Shown: positions 18,834-29,004 of the stretch, one piece after another
Position numbering within the stretch: the stretch's first letter is position 1
How the letters are laid out: every line of letters begins with the position of its first letter
Source: Candidatus Saccharimonadota bacterium
Lineage (GTDB): Bacteria > Patescibacteriota > Saccharimonadia > Saccharimonadales > HK-STAS-PATE-42
Direction: 5' to 3'
Assembly: GCA_036826375.1 (NCBI GenBank)
Contig: DAISWL010000001.1
Location: forward strand, 104,201-168,200
Length of the DNA stretch: 64,000 nt
Notes under the pieces: generated by a model
Database searches by the model: none
Told to the model about the DNA's origin: nothing
The model's input: the letters and a program-made list of their open reading frames with translations, nothing else
Made by a program: the position numbers and the translations under genes

Positions 18834-19856
18834 ATGAAACCAACTATACTTACAGGAATTAAGAACTCAGGCCGATTGCACATCGGCAGTTACCTCGGTG
18901 CCATCAAACCAATGGTTGAGCTGCAGCAAACCAAAGTTAAATCTGGCGAATATCAAATGAACATGTTCATTCCAGATTTACACGTATTAACCGTTCCGAC
19001 AGATTACGCTAAACTTAAGCGCTTTATGCTAGATAACCTCAAACTCTACATAGCTTGCGGGTTGGATCCGAGCGATGTTAACACTCACCTTTATCGCCAG
19101 AGCCGCATCTCGGCTCACTCTGAAATGTGCGTTTTACTCAATAACTTTACTAGTTTTGGTGAACTTAGCCGTCAAACTCAGTTTAAAGATCAGCATAGTA
19201 AGGGCGCAGAAGTAAGTGTTGGGTTATTTGATTACCCTGTTTTAATGGCGGCGGATATCTTACTTTATAACTCTAGATACGTTCCAGTTGGCGATGATCA
19301 GCGTCAGCATTTAGAGCTAGCCCGCAATATCGCAATTAGAATTAACAATAAATTCGGTGAGATATTTGTAGTTCCAGATGAGATTAAAAAACAGGTTGAG
19401 TTTGCTGGGCTAGAGAAATCTTTAAGAATAATGAGCTTAGCTAGCCCAACTGATAAAATGAGTAAATCTGTTAATGACCCACGCGGAACGATTGATTTGC
19501 AAGATTCCCCTGCCGAGGCCAGAAAAAAGATTATGGCCGCCGAAACCGATAGCCTAGCTAACGTTAATTACGATCCTATCAAACAGCCAGGAATTAGTAA
19601 CCTGATCGAGATTTACGCTAACTTCAAAAACCTGAAGTTAGTTGAAGCTGAGGCAAAATTCAAAGGAAGCGAACGCTACGGTGATCTTAAAAAACAAGTT
19701 GCTGATGTAGTTTGTGAATTTTTAGAAGATATTCAACTTAAGTTTAGCGAAATTAGCGATGAAGAGGTTATGCAAATTCTGGAACGTGGAGAATTAACCG
19801 TAAAACCAACTGCCGATAAAACACTACTCAGAATGCAGAAAGTTCTAGGGCTGTAA
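18834..19856 (+). CDS. trpS: tryptophan--tRNA ligase
   Basis: Class I aaRS with GRLHIGSYLGA (HIGH region), KMSKS and GDDQRQHLEL. I placed the start at Met21 of the track ORF because of the AAAGGAAG SD. Confidence 0.93.
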   Translation: MKPTILTGIKNSGRLHIGSYLGAIKPMVELQQTKVKSGEYQMNMFIPDLHVLTVPTDYAKLKRFMLDNLKLYIACGLDPSDVNTHLYRQSRISAHSEMCVLLNNFTSFGELSRQTQFKDQHSKGAEVSVGLFDYPVLMAADILLYNSRYVPVGDDQRQHLELARNIAIRINNKFGEIFVVPDEIKKQVEFAGLEKSLRIMSLASPTDKMSKSVNDPRGTIDLQDSPAEARKKIMAAETDSLANVNYDPIKQPGISNLIEIYANFKNLKLVEAEAKFKGSERYGDLKKQVADVVCEFLEDIQLKFSEISDEEVMQILERGELTVKPTADKTLLRMQKVLGL

Positions 19857-19882
19857 CAAGATTTAATCTGACGATTATAGCT

Positions 19883-20626
19883 CTACCTCAAATAATAACT
19901 AACACTAACTGTATATCTTAGTTCATTCTCACCAGGTTGGATCTGTAGAGATTGTTTTGAATCTGAACTAGACACTGATTTATCTTCGTAAATTAGAGGT
20001 ACTGGCTGACCCAGATTACCACCATCTTGAATAGATTGAACCTTACCTAGTTTTGCTCCAGTATTTTTAGCAATCTGTTCGGCCTTAGAGCGGGCATCTT
20101 TTGTTGCCTCATCCCGAGCCTTATCTTCAAGTTCTTTGCGTTTACTTTCTGAGAAGCCTGGTTGCGGAGTTACCTGCCCAGAAGGGCCGGTAGTTAATAA
20201 ATAATCTTGAACTTTCTGAGCTAAATCTTTATCGGATACTGTTATTGTTAAACTTAAGTTATAAATAGTATCGTCATCGGGCGATACTGGGCTCATTTGC
20301 CCTGTTGAATAGCCAGAAGAATTGTTCTTGATGTCGGAATCTTTAACCCCCAACCCCTTAAGCTTAGTAATAATTTCGTTACTTTTTTCTGATTGCTGAT
20401 TTAAGGATACGGATTCATCTTTATTTTTAAATTCATAATTCGGGCTGAAGATGTAGCGATCGGGCTCAGCCATAATTGTCGATTCCCCACTCACGCTAAT
20501 AGTTCTAGATTCTGAGTTGCGAGACCACGGCATCCAAACCGCCAGCATCACAACAATAATCAGCATCAAAAAGATGATTACCGATTTGTATATTAAACTT
20601 AAAGAGATGTTAACTTTATCTTTCAC
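19883..20626 (-). CDS. SIMPL/DUF541 (BP26-like) domain protein with N-terminal membrane anchor
   Basis: ISVSGESTIMAEPD ... IQPGENELRYTVSVSYYL pattern, with one N-terminal TM helix. Confidence 0.75.
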   Translation of the reverse strand: MKDKVNISLSLIYKSVIIFLMLIIVVMLAVWMPWSRNSESRTISVSGESTIMAEPDRYIFSPNYEFKNKDESVSLNQQSEKSNEIITKLKGLGVKDSDIKNNSSGYSTGQMSPVSPDDDTIYNLSLTITVSDKDLAQKVQDYLLTTGPSGQVTPQPGFSESKRKELEDKARDEATKDARSKAEQIAKNTGAKLGKVQSIQDGGNLGQPVPLIYEDKSVSSSDSKQSLQIQPGENELRYTVSVSYYLR

Positions 20627-20797
20627 AATAATTTCCCCCTATTAGTATAATTTTAGGCTTAAGCTTAATTAAAGTAAACCCTCTTTTATATGAGGTACTT
20701 AAAATCAGGAGGGTTTTTGGTGCTAGAGGCTATTGATCTTTTCAATATGATGCTAAAATTAAATCAGAATCAAATAACTTTTAAGGGAGGTTAAACT

Positions 20798-21223
20798 ATG
20801 GCAATGGAAGTTAATTTAGTAGCAGTTGGAGCAGCAACAGCAACCATGTTTGCAGTTGGAGCAATTTGGTACATGCTGCCGTTTGGTAAAATATGGGGCA
20901 AAATCCACGGATTTGATAAGCTTAGCAAAAAGCAACAAAAAGAGATGCAGTCTAAAATGGGCCCATGGTATTTAGCTCAGTTAATTTTTACAGTTATATC
21001 GGCTTACGTTTTAGCGGTTTTAATCAACTTAATGCCAGCTCAATCACCATACTACGTTGCATTTCTAGTTTGGCTGGGTGTTTCTCTACCAACAACTGCC
21101 GGAAATATGATTTTCGGTGGCTCTCCAGAAGGCTATGTTTGGCATAAAACGCTGATTACAGCTGGTGAAACACTTTTACATTTGTTGGCTGCCGCTTGGG
21201 TAATCAGTGCTATCGCTGGTTAA
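20798..21223 (+). CDS. DUF1761-family membrane protein
   Basis: 4 TM helices and AIWYMLPFGKIWGK near the N-terminus. SD AAGGGAGG lies upstream. Confidence 0.7.
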   Translation: MAMEVNLVAVGAATATMFAVGAIWYMLPFGKIWGKIHGFDKLSKKQQKEMQSKMGPWYLAQLIFTVISAYVLAVLINLMPAQSPYYVAFLVWLGVSLPTTAGNMIFGGSPEGYVWHKTLITAGETLLHLLAAAWVISAIAG

Positions 21224-21257
21224 ATACTAAACTCGAAGTTTAACGAAAGGATGCATC

Positions 21258-21719
21258 ATGCAAAAAATAACGCCAGCACTTTGGTTTGATGGAAACGCCC
21301 AAGAGGCAATGGATTTCTATACATCTATATTTAAAAACTCTGAAATAATAAGTGTCGAAAAATATCCTGATGAATCGATAGATCCTCATTTTAAAGGAAT
21401 GAGCGGAAGAGTTATTAACGGAGTTTTCAGGCTAGATAACCAAGAATTTGTTTGCATAGATGGTGGACCTCAATTTAAGTTTAATGAGGCCATAAGTTTT
21501 GCTATAAACTGTAAGGATCAAGCGGAAATTGATTATTTCTGGGAAAAACTTTCATCAAGCCCAGATGCCGAAGCCTGCGGTTGGTGCAGAGATAAGTTTG
21601 GTATCAGTTGGCAAATTCTACCAGAAAATATGGCAGAATTGATGAACGGTGAAGCATCTGTTAAGGCTATGATGCAGATGAAGAAGATTGATATTGAAGG
21701 TTTGAAATCTGCAAAATAA
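21258..21719 (+). CDS. VOC/glyoxalase-fold protein, PhnB / 3-demethylubiquinone methyltransferase-like domain
   Basis: ITPALWFDGNAQEAMDFYTSIF and CGWCRDKFGISWQI signatures. Confidence 0.8.
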   Translation: MQKITPALWFDGNAQEAMDFYTSIFKNSEIISVEKYPDESIDPHFKGMSGRVINGVFRLDNQEFVCIDGGPQFKFNEAISFAINCKDQAEIDYFWEKLSSSPDAEACGWCRDKFGISWQILPENMAELMNGEASVKAMMQMKKIDIEGLKSAK

Positions 21720-21773
21720 CAGCTTAAACTTAATTCAAAAACAGTACAAAAATTATATTATGAAGGAGAAGAT

Positions 21774-22214
21774 ATGAGCGTTAAACTTAACTGTTACTTA
21801 AACTTTAATGGCAATGCCAAAGAGGCGCTAGAATTTTATAAAGATATTTTTAATGCCACTGTAGAAGTTGATACTTTTGGTGAGTTTGCCGCCAAGGCTC
21901 CGGATTCTGGCATGACTTTTACCCCCGAAGAAGCCGATAACATTATGCACGCTTCGCTTATGGGCGAAAATGGAATTGAGCTGATGATCGCCGATTCTCC
22001 ATCTGGGATGCCTCCAGCTACAACCGGATCTCAACTGACCTTAACCTTGAATGGCGATGATAATAAGACGTTACAAGGTTATTGGGATAAGCTTAGCGTT
22101 GAGGGCACCATAGGAGTTCCACTAGATTCAGCTCCGTGGGGCGATAAATTTGGATATTTAACTGATAAATTTGGCGTCAGCTGGATGTTCAACATCAGCT
22201 CATCAAAGGCTTAA
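21774..22214 (+). CDS. VOC/glyoxalase-fold protein, PhnB-like
   Basis: YLNFNGNAKEALEFYKDIF ... WGDKFGYLTDKFGVSWMF. Confidence 0.8.
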   Translation: MSVKLNCYLNFNGNAKEALEFYKDIFNATVEVDTFGEFAAKAPDSGMTFTPEEADNIMHASLMGENGIELMIADSPSGMPPATTGSQLTLTLNGDDNKTLQGYWDKLSVEGTIGVPLDSAPWGDKFGYLTDKFGVSWMFNISSSKA

Positions 22215-22274
22215 GTTTAAGCTGTAATTACTGTTTGCATCTTACTGCTAGCGAGAGGAACCGACTGAAAATAT

Positions 22275-22805
22275 ATGAAATACATCGCACTTCTTAGAGG
22301 AATTAATGTGGGTGGAAATCACAAAGTTGAGATGAAAAATCTCAAGGCGCTTTTTGAATCTCTTGGTTTTAGCGATGTTTCAACCTACATCAATTCGGGA
22401 AATGTTATTTTTGAATCAAACGAGGAACGGAGTGTAGTTCTAGAAAAAATTATCACTTGTTTTGAAAAAGAATTTGATTTTCAAATTCCGACGTTAGTAA
22501 AAACGGAGGAGGAGATCAAAGCCATTGCGAACGCTATTCCAGATGAATGGCAAAATAATGCCGTACAAAGAACTGATGTGGCGTTTTTATTTACAGAGGT
22601 TGATGATCCAAAAACGATCGATGAGCTTCCGATCAAAAAAGAGTTTATAGATATCCGTTATATTAAAGGCGCCATTTTTTGGAACATAAAAAGAGAGAAT
22701 GTTTATAAGAGTATGTTGAATAAACTTATTAGCCATAAATTTTATAAATTGATGACCGTCCGGAATGTTAATACGGCAAGATTTCTAGCAGAAGTGAAAA
22801 AATGA
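22275..22805 (+). CDS. DUF1697 domain protein
   Basis: The N-terminal MKYIALLRGINVGGNHKV signature. Confidence 0.8.
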   Translation: MKYIALLRGINVGGNHKVEMKNLKALFESLGFSDVSTYINSGNVIFESNEERSVVLEKIITCFEKEFDFQIPTLVKTEEEIKAIANAIPDEWQNNAVQRTDVAFLFTEVDDPKTIDELPIKKEFIDIRYIKGAIFWNIKRENVYKSMLNKLISHKFYKLMTVRNVNTARFLAEVKK

Positions 22806-22840
22806 TCCGCACCGATAAAAAACTTTAAAGCGTTACTACA

Positions 22841-22907
22841 TTAAACGGATCAACTCACCTTTTCGCTTAACAATGTTTTTGTAATCCCACTGAATTTTTT
22901 CAGATTT
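22841..22907. repeat. 67-bp orphan copy of the 3' end of the DUF1801 gene
   Basis: Matches 24279-24345 with 3 mismatches in the same orientation. The two copies bracket the APC permease gene. Confidence 0.85.
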
Positions 22908-22950
22908 ACCTTAAACTTAAATATGGCAGTTATCTGCAAAGTTATTTACT

Positions 22951-24207
22951 TTAAGCCAAATTGAACGTCTTAGCAATTTCAAAGCAAAATAGAATAAATG
23001 AACTAAGCAGACCCCCTATTGGAATTAGCTTATTTATAATGAAAACGTGTTCAGGATTATGCTTACCCCTATTATCCCATTTTATTTTTAGTAGAGATAG
23101 GTTCACCAAGATAAAAACCAAGAGAACTAAAAGGCTAGTGAATTTTGCGAGTCTTACCAGAGGAACGGCCATGGTAAGAACAGAGAGCAAGGCTATCATA
23201 ATAGCGGTAGTTGCAATCGGAACTGATCGGCTACTAAGCTTAAGGAAAAGTTTAGGCATCATCTTTTTTTCACTAAGCCCATAAAGTACGCGAGATCCCA
23301 TCACCGCATTTACAATAATACCGTTGCCTGCCGCTATTATTCCAACTATAGTTAAGAATAATGGGTTAGTACTGCTGACGGATTGAAAAACCAATCTTAG
23401 AGGAGCGGCGGAACTGGAAAGCTTTTCCGATGATACATTACCCATTGCCACGCCCAATACTAAAATATACAAAATAGTCGCAACAACCAAAGATACTATC
23501 ATGCTTAATGGTAAGTTTCTTCTTGGATGCTTAACGTCTTCGGCCATATTAACAATATCTTCAAATCCTAGATAAGCGTAAACCGCCAAGAAAGTTGCTG
23601 ATATTGTCGGTGCTACTAAGTTTAAGTTCCACCCAGAAGGATTAAATACTTCAAGATTAACAGCTGGTCCAGATTTCATATATCCCAATATTATAATGAA
23701 GATTAGACCTCCTAGCTCGATTACTGTAAATAAGCTGGCTATTAACGCTGATTGTTTCATTCCTGCGAAAATAGTACCTACTAAAGCTAAAATAACTATT
23801 ACCTTTAAGAGATCTTGATTAAGATTAATAACTTCGTGGATATAACCAACCATACCGTTTATTAGGGTGGCTGAAGATGTCGCCCCAGCCAACACCATCC
23901 CCAAGCCCACAATTATGGGTATCGATTTATGACCGAATGCAGTTTTAAGATACCCGCTAGCTCCAGACGCCACGGGGTAACGAGATGAGAGTTCGGCGTA
24001 GCTGAAGGCAGTTAGTGCTGCAACCGCTGCGGCAATAATGAAGCTAAGCGGTGCGTTAGAACCAGCCTCCCCTACCACCTTGCCAATCAGAACGTAGATC
24101 CCGGCTCCCACTATATTACCCAGTCCGTAGAATATTAACAGACCGAGCCCGAGTTCTCGCTTAAGTTTATTTTTTCTAGTTTTTACGTATTTCATACTTA
24201 GATACAC
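22951..24207 (-). CDS. APC-family amino acid permease
   Basis: 12 TM helices and N-terminal GLGNIVGAGIYVLIG. 418 aa. Confidence 0.88.
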   Translation of the reverse strand: MYLSMKYVKTRKNKLKRELGLGLLIFYGLGNIVGAGIYVLIGKVVGEAGSNAPLSFIIAAAVAALTAFSYAELSSRYPVASGASGYLKTAFGHKSIPIIVGLGMVLAGATSSATLINGMVGYIHEVINLNQDLLKVIVILALVGTIFAGMKQSALIASLFTVIELGGLIFIIILGYMKSGPAVNLEVFNPSGWNLNLVAPTISATFLAVYAYLGFEDIVNMAEDVKHPRRNLPLSMIVSLVVATILYILVLGVAMGNVSSEKLSSSAAPLRLVFQSVSSTNPLFLTIVGIIAAGNGIIVNAVMGSRVLYGLSEKKMMPKLFLKLSSRSVPIATTAIMIALLSVLTMAVPLVRLAKFTSLLVLLVFILVNLSLLKIKWDNRGKHNPEHVFIINKLIPIGGLLSSFILFCFEIAKTFNLA

Positions 24208-24273
24208 CGTATTCTAACACGTATGAACGGCGTTTTTGAAATATCGCTTAAGCTTATAAGAAGATGCAATATT

Positions 24274-24699
24274 TTACTTTAAACGGATCAGCTCACCTTT
24301 TCGCTTAACAATGTTTTTGTAATCCCACTGAATCTCTTCAGATTTTTGGAGCCACAATTTCAAATCGTTAAAATCAATTTCAGAAATATTTTTATAGATT
24401 ATCGAGGCATCTTTGAACTTGCCATTCCCAGGTTTTAGATCGGGTTCATCAAAAGATACACCACTCCAGAACATCAATCTAACACCAGGCTTTTGGATGC
24501 TATAACCAACAATCGGGTTGCCATCTATAAACCAAACTGGGGATCCGTGCCAAACTTTTGATTCGGTAAAACTTAAGTTTAAGGTTATTGATTCTGCCAG
24601 CCTTTCGCAGATCAGGCGATAATCGTCTGAATCTGCCTCGGTATTAAACTTAAGGATATCTTCGGAGATCTGTAAATCGGATTTAGAGTTATCAATCAT
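24274..24699 (-). CDS. DUF1801 (YdhG-like) domain protein
   Basis: KVWHGSPVWFIDGNPIVGYS ... RLMFWSG pattern. Confidence 0.7.
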   Translation of the reverse strand: MIDNSKSDLQISEDILKFNTEADSDDYRLICERLAESITLNLSFTESKVWHGSPVWFIDGNPIVGYSIQKPGVRLMFWSGVSFDEPDLKPGNGKFKDASIIYKNISEIDFNDLKLWLQKSEEIQWDYKNIVKRKGELIRLK

Positions 24700-24806
24700 C
24701 TTAAGCTTAGTGTATCATATCATCACAGATTCAGGACACTGTACCTCTAGCCATAACCTGCTATAATTAAATTATTAAAGATAATCTAACTCAAGGAGAA
24801 CTTAGG

Positions 24807-25073
24807 ATGAAAGCAGATAGTAAACCGCTCACAGGCATGTGCCAAAGTTGTATGATGCCCTTTAAAAAAGATCCAAAAGGATCAAATCGTGAACATAAAG
24901 ATCACTGCAGTTATTGTTTTAAAGATGGCGCACTTTGCTACTCGGGAGATGACGTCAAAGAGTTTAAAAAAGCTATGGTTGAGGCCATGGTTAAACGAGG
25001 AGAACCTAAACTTAAGGCTAAGTTTTTCGCATTTATGGCCGGATTCGCTCCTAGATGGAAGAACAAAAAGTAG
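24807..25073 (+). CDS. zinc-ribbon domain protein
   Basis: CQSCMMPF ... HCSYCF provides two CxxC pairs, followed by a basic tail. This is the last gene that carries the host word before the island. Confidence 0.7.
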   Translation: MKADSKPLTGMCQSCMMPFKKDPKGSNREHKDHCSYCFKDGALCYSGDDVKEFKKAMVEAMVKRGEPKLKAKFFAFMAGFAPRWKNKK

Positions 25074-25199
25074 ATTTGAACTCGCCGCTCGGGCTTACCT
25101 AGGGAAATTGTGATTATTGCGCATTCTCTGGAGCGGAATCGGGTGTGAATTATAAGAATTGTAAGCCCGAGTATAGCTGATCAATAGCAATACCGGCTA

Positions 25200-25789
25200 T
25201 CAATAATCGGCTGATGATATTGCTTTAATAAGACGACCCCAGCCAATTAATTGACGATACACATAATATTGCTTACACATTTTTGCAACTTTATCCGTTT
25301 TTTCTCCAGCGTATACCGCTATACTATCTGTGTATTGGGATCGGTTTTTTCTATGTGGCTCAAGCGTCATAGTGTGGTTCCAAATTTTTGCTATGTCACC
25401 TGTTTCTTTTGTTCCTATGGAATAACAATCAGTATCATAATCTGTATTTACTTCGGTGACCAAAACTTTTTGTTCTGTTCGGCTGCCAACAGCCAATTTG
25501 CCAATTTTTAACCCTCTAAAAACATCAAATGAATATTCTGTATCTGGTGCCCATAGCATAGAATCAACCGTTTCATCAGAACCCCCCCTATGGCAATATC
25601 GCTTGATAAGCTTAGATTAACTACTGGCCAAGCTATTTTTTTTAAAGTATCTACCTGTATCAGTTTAGAGAACATTAAAGCAGGAGGTATATTAAATTCT
25701 GAAGTTACAGTAACTAAACGTCCTTCGATTGCCTTTTCACCCTCATCAGCTAAATTTATTGACTCAATTTTGGTTTTTGGAAATTTCAT
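25200..25789 (-). pseudogene. frameshifted SRPBCC/START-like protein gene (two ORF fragments)
   Basis: Track ORFs 25508..25789 and 25200..25559 are one gene split at a G7 run (C7 on the plus strand, 25583-25589). Eight Gs would read ...SDIAIGGGSDETVDSMLWAPDTEY... as one continuous frame. The family call is weak. Confidence 0.6.
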
Positions 25790-25915
25790 AAACTGAATAC
25801 CTCAACTTAGTTATTGTAAGCTCTTTCTTTGATAGCATAACATATTATTAGGCAATTATACGTTTAATACACCCAAACTATAGAAACAGCCCAACATGAC
25901 TACGGGTTTAACCCC

Positions 25916-26095
25916 CTACTTCTCTTTAGGCTTTTTAGGCGGCTTAGCTGCCTTGAGGATTTTATCTACTGCTTGATTGAACGTCATATTGAGTTTTAAT
26001 GGTCGTTCGTTTGTGCGAACTGGCTTTGCTTCGTAGTCGTCAATTTGCTTTTGTAGCTTCTCGGCCTCTTTTTTTGTTGGCTTACTCTTTGTCAT
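25916..26095 (-). CDS. small Lys-rich hypothetical protein (59 aa)
   Basis: My translation is MTKSKPTKKEAEKLQKQIDDYEAKPVRTNERPLKLNMTFNQAVDKILKAAKPPKKPKEK. It falls below the track cutoff. On the minus strand, TATAAT ends 6 nt before the ATG. Confidence 0.4.
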   Translation of the reverse strand: MTKSKPTKKEAEKLQKQIDDYEAKPVRTNERPLKLNMTFNQAVDKILKAAKPPKKPKEK

Positions 26096-26197
26096 AGCTT
26101 GATTATAGCAAAGAGTGGCGTTATAGATTTTTAGTGACTGCTCATCACTAAATATCGTTATTGCACGTAAAACCCTTTCTTGATAATATAAGCTGAA

Positions 26198-26965
26198 ATG
26201 CTCAAAGATGACAACAAAAAGATTGTTTTGATTACAGGATCATCAAGTGGCCTTGGCGCTTCTCTTGCCAAGGTACTAGTAAAGCTCGATTACACACCCA
26301 TCATCACATACCGTCATAATGAGGTTAAAGCACGAGAGCTAACGTCACTTTTGTCTAAAGAGACTGAGTCTGAGATAATCTGTAGACATCTCGATGTTTC
26401 TAATGAAGATGGTTTTACGGATGTATACTCCGACATTATGAGAACCTACGGTCGCCTAGATACGCTTATTTGCAATGCAGGTTCTGATTTTTACCATGCA
26501 AGCCTTCAGGATATTAAATTAAAGGAATGGCAGGAAGTATTCGGTACTAAAGTATTCGGTACATTTAACAGCGTAATGGCCATGCTGCCTCTACTTAAAG
26601 CAAGTAAAAATCCGAATATAATCATGATATCCGCATCACTGGGCACTAAACCGGATCCTCTAGATCCTGTGTACTCTAGTGCCTGTGCGGCTCTTAATAA
26701 TTTTGCACAGTCATTAGTTTATTCGCTCTCATCGGAAAAGATACGCACTAATGTAATCTGTCCTGGTCCAATGGATACAGGACTAAGCTATTGGACTGAC
26801 TTAAAACGCAGTCAACCTGATATCTTTGCCTCTTTTAAAAGCTCAAACCCAATGAACATGCAAACTGATGCTAACCATATTGCGGAACTTATCTCAGCCA
26901 TTGATACTAATGTAAGCCTAAACGGCAATATACTCTACGCTACCGGCGGCTCTCACCTCAGATAG
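26198..26965 (+). CDS. short-chain dehydrogenase/reductase with atypical active site
   Basis: TGSSSGLGAS Rossmann motif and NAG motif. The catalytic segment reads VYSSACAAL, i.e. YxxxC where the canonical motif is YxxxK. Confidence 0.85.
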   Translation: MLKDDNKKIVLITGSSSGLGASLAKVLVKLDYTPIITYRHNEVKARELTSLLSKETESEIICRHLDVSNEDGFTDVYSDIMRTYGRLDTLICNAGSDFYHASLQDIKLKEWQEVFGTKVFGTFNSVMAMLPLLKASKNPNIIMISASLGTKPDPLDPVYSSACAALNNFAQSLVYSLSSEKIRTNVICPGPMDTGLSYWTDLKRSQPDIFASFKSSNPMNMQTDANHIAELISAIDTNVSLNGNILYATGGSHLR

Positions 26966-26975
26966 AAATGTAATA

Positions 26976-28334
26976 ATGGATATATCAAAGCTTGTTACTG
27001 ATAGCCTAATGTCAAGAGAAGAACTTCTTGCATATATGACTGCCACGTTCGCTACAGACCTAGAGAAGATTAAAGAAGTTGTTTTATATGCTGATAACCA
27101 GGTACCAGATACTGATAGTTTAACATATATACCTCATCATCGGCGTAAAATCTACCTATCCAAAGATGGTGTAATACATATAGCGCCTTCTGAGGGCTTA
27201 CTACGAGTAGAGCATCTACAATTGCAGGTAGAATGCCTGGCATCGTTACTCAAAAAACCTATTCCTTGCAAGGTTATAGGCAAGTATATCTTTTCCGAAA
27301 AGGCACAAGAGTTTATAGATTTGCTAGATGCAAAACGGCTACAAGGCAGATCCGTAGACGGATTAGTTATAGGTAGCCTATGGAACATCAACTACATAAT
27401 TAATAGACGGCTTCATTCAGCACAAATGCAATCTGTCTTTAAGGCGATGGATAAGAAAGAGCTGGGCGAGTATATCGAGTTTCGAGCACGGCAATCAGCA
27501 CTAGAGCAAGCCTCTTTGACTGATGGAATTATTTTGAACAAGAGTGAGCTAGCTACGTTCCGAGAAGGTGCTATTCCGAGTAAAGATGAACAGGATATAG
27601 TCAATAGTTTATACGAAAAGATGGCGTCAAAAAAAATCGCAAGATATAGAGATAATTTTCTGAATAATGACGAAGCAAAGGAGTACGCAGCGCTTGATTT
27701 TATATTCTTCAAGGATTTAGTTGAAAATACCCAAATATTTGATTCAACCTTAGTATCCGAGGAGTCCGCGATATACTCCGACAAGGGTATTACTTATCAA
27801 CTAATCAGCCTTGAAAATGGCATGTTATTAAATATTGGATGGATACACCCAGAGCTCTTAGGTGAGCTTGTTCGGCAGCTGCATAATCGCTATAACCTAA
27901 AGAGCCTTCATATGTATGGCAAGTGCGGGGCAATCGGTGACGCACCTCTTGGCAGTATAGTGACCCCTTGGCAAACACAGTGGAATGACCATATGATTCC
28001 AATTCAAAACAAACTGCAGAACCTAGACGGTACAACTCCAGCCAATTTCTGCTGTGTTCCTTCGCCCCTGATTGAGACTATGTCATGGGGGAAGCTTATG
28101 CGAAGCAGGGACGTTGAATGCGTTGAAATGGAGCTGTATGAAGTTGGCCGCAACCTAAGTCAATCGATCGAATCGTTCATTGTATATTATATTTCAGATA
28201 GGCCTTTTGACAATTATAAGATAGGTCAGCGCTGGACGTTTTTAGAGCAAAAGCTTAAATGTACCAATATACTTGTTGATAGTATTTTTAACTTATACAC
28301 TCACCGCCATCCACAGATATCACCTGGCCCGTAA
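26976..28334 (+). CDS. AMP-nucleosidase-like / nucleoside-phosphorylase-superfamily protein with an unknown N-terminal domain
   Basis: The C-terminal half has three motifs spaced as in PNP_UDP_1/Amn enzymes: YGKCGAIGDAPLGSIV, ECVEMELYEV and VYYISDRPF. The 452-aa size is comparable to AMP nucleosidase. The assignment comes from motif recall only. Confidence 0.5.
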   Translation: MDISKLVTDSLMSREELLAYMTATFATDLEKIKEVVLYADNQVPDTDSLTYIPHHRRKIYLSKDGVIHIAPSEGLLRVEHLQLQVECLASLLKKPIPCKVIGKYIFSEKAQEFIDLLDAKRLQGRSVDGLVIGSLWNINYIINRRLHSAQMQSVFKAMDKKELGEYIEFRARQSALEQASLTDGIILNKSELATFREGAIPSKDEQDIVNSLYEKMASKKIARYRDNFLNNDEAKEYAALDFIFFKDLVENTQIFDSTLVSEESAIYSDKGITYQLISLENGMLLNIGWIHPELLGELVRQLHNRYNLKSLHMYGKCGAIGDAPLGSIVTPWQTQWNDHMIPIQNKLQNLDGTTPANFCCVPSPLIETMSWGKLMRSRDVECVEMELYEVGRNLSQSIESFIVYYISDRPFDNYKIGQRWTFLEQKLKCTNILVDSIFNLYTHRHPQISPGP

Positions 28335-29004
28335 TATTCACTGACCCTGGCCCGCATAAGAACGCTACAGACTGAGCTATTTCCTCAGGCGTATTAATGT
28401 GACGCAGAGGGATATTCGCCAAAGCCTCTTTCTCTTTCTTGGTGTCCATTCCGTAGTTCGTAAGGTCTGTGTATGTTCTTCCTGGAGATATAGCGTTTAC
28501 ACGAACGCCTTTTACGGCAAGTAGCTTTGCGAGTGATTTAGTCAAATATATGATGCCCGACTTTGATATACCGTACTCGATCGACCGAGTGACATATCCA
28601 ACACCCGCTTGAGATGCAATAAAAACAATACTGGAACCAGGCATAAGAAAATGTACAAGTTTTTGAGTCAACAGGTATGGTGTACGTAGATTAATGGCCA
28701 TAGTAATATCCCATGCGTCGGCATCGGCATCTTCAAATGTCGTGCGTTTTTTTATACCAGCGCAGTGAACCAGAATGTCAATATGGTCTATTTTCTCGCC
28801 AAGAATACTGGCAAGCATATCTATATTTGCCGCGTTACTTAAATCCTGTAGTATATGAGTATAATTACGAGATGTAATCTTTTGCTGGGGAGTGTTTTTC
28901 GAGACCCCAAGTACAATGGCACCCTGCATCAGAAACTCTTCCGCTATTGAGCGTCCTATCCCTCGGGAAGCACCCGTTATCACTACAACTTTATTCCTAA
29001 ACAT
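28288..29004 (-). CDS. SDR family oxidoreductase (FabG-like)
   Basis: The start is at internal Met69 of the track ORF (MFRNKVVVITGASRGIGRSIA). It has an intact YGISK (YxxxK) and overlaps the convergent upstream gene by 47 bp. Confidence 0.85.
   Translation of the reverse strand: MFRNKVVVITGASRGIGRSIAEEFLMQGAIVLGVSKNTPQQKITSRNYTHILQDLSNAANIDMLASILGEKIDHIDILVHCAGIKKRTTFEDADADAWDITMAINLRTPYLLTQKLVHFLMPGSSIVFIASQAGVGYVTRSIEYGISKSGIIYLTKSLAKLLAVKGVRVNAISPGRTYTDLTNYGMDTKKEKEALANIPLRHINTPEEIAQSVAFLCGPGSVNITGQVISVDGGECIS

Noticed and set aside
20675-20720. Hairpin AAACCCTC...GAGGGTTT followed by a T run, with an alternative CCTC/GAGG pairing and a possible 35-codon uORF from 20690, upstream of the DUF1761-VOC genes.
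   Set aside because: This could be an attenuator or just a terminator-like spacer hairpin. It has a large 25-nt loop and no recognisable riboswitch class or amino-acid-biased leader, so the support is too weak to report.
25088-25171. 11-bp inverted repeat CTCGGGCTTAC / GTAAGCCCGAG at the left edge of the island as an att site or IS end.
   Set aside because: I found no matching sequence at the right edge (37385-37633) and no associated recombinase. It may be a small hairpin or decayed remnant.
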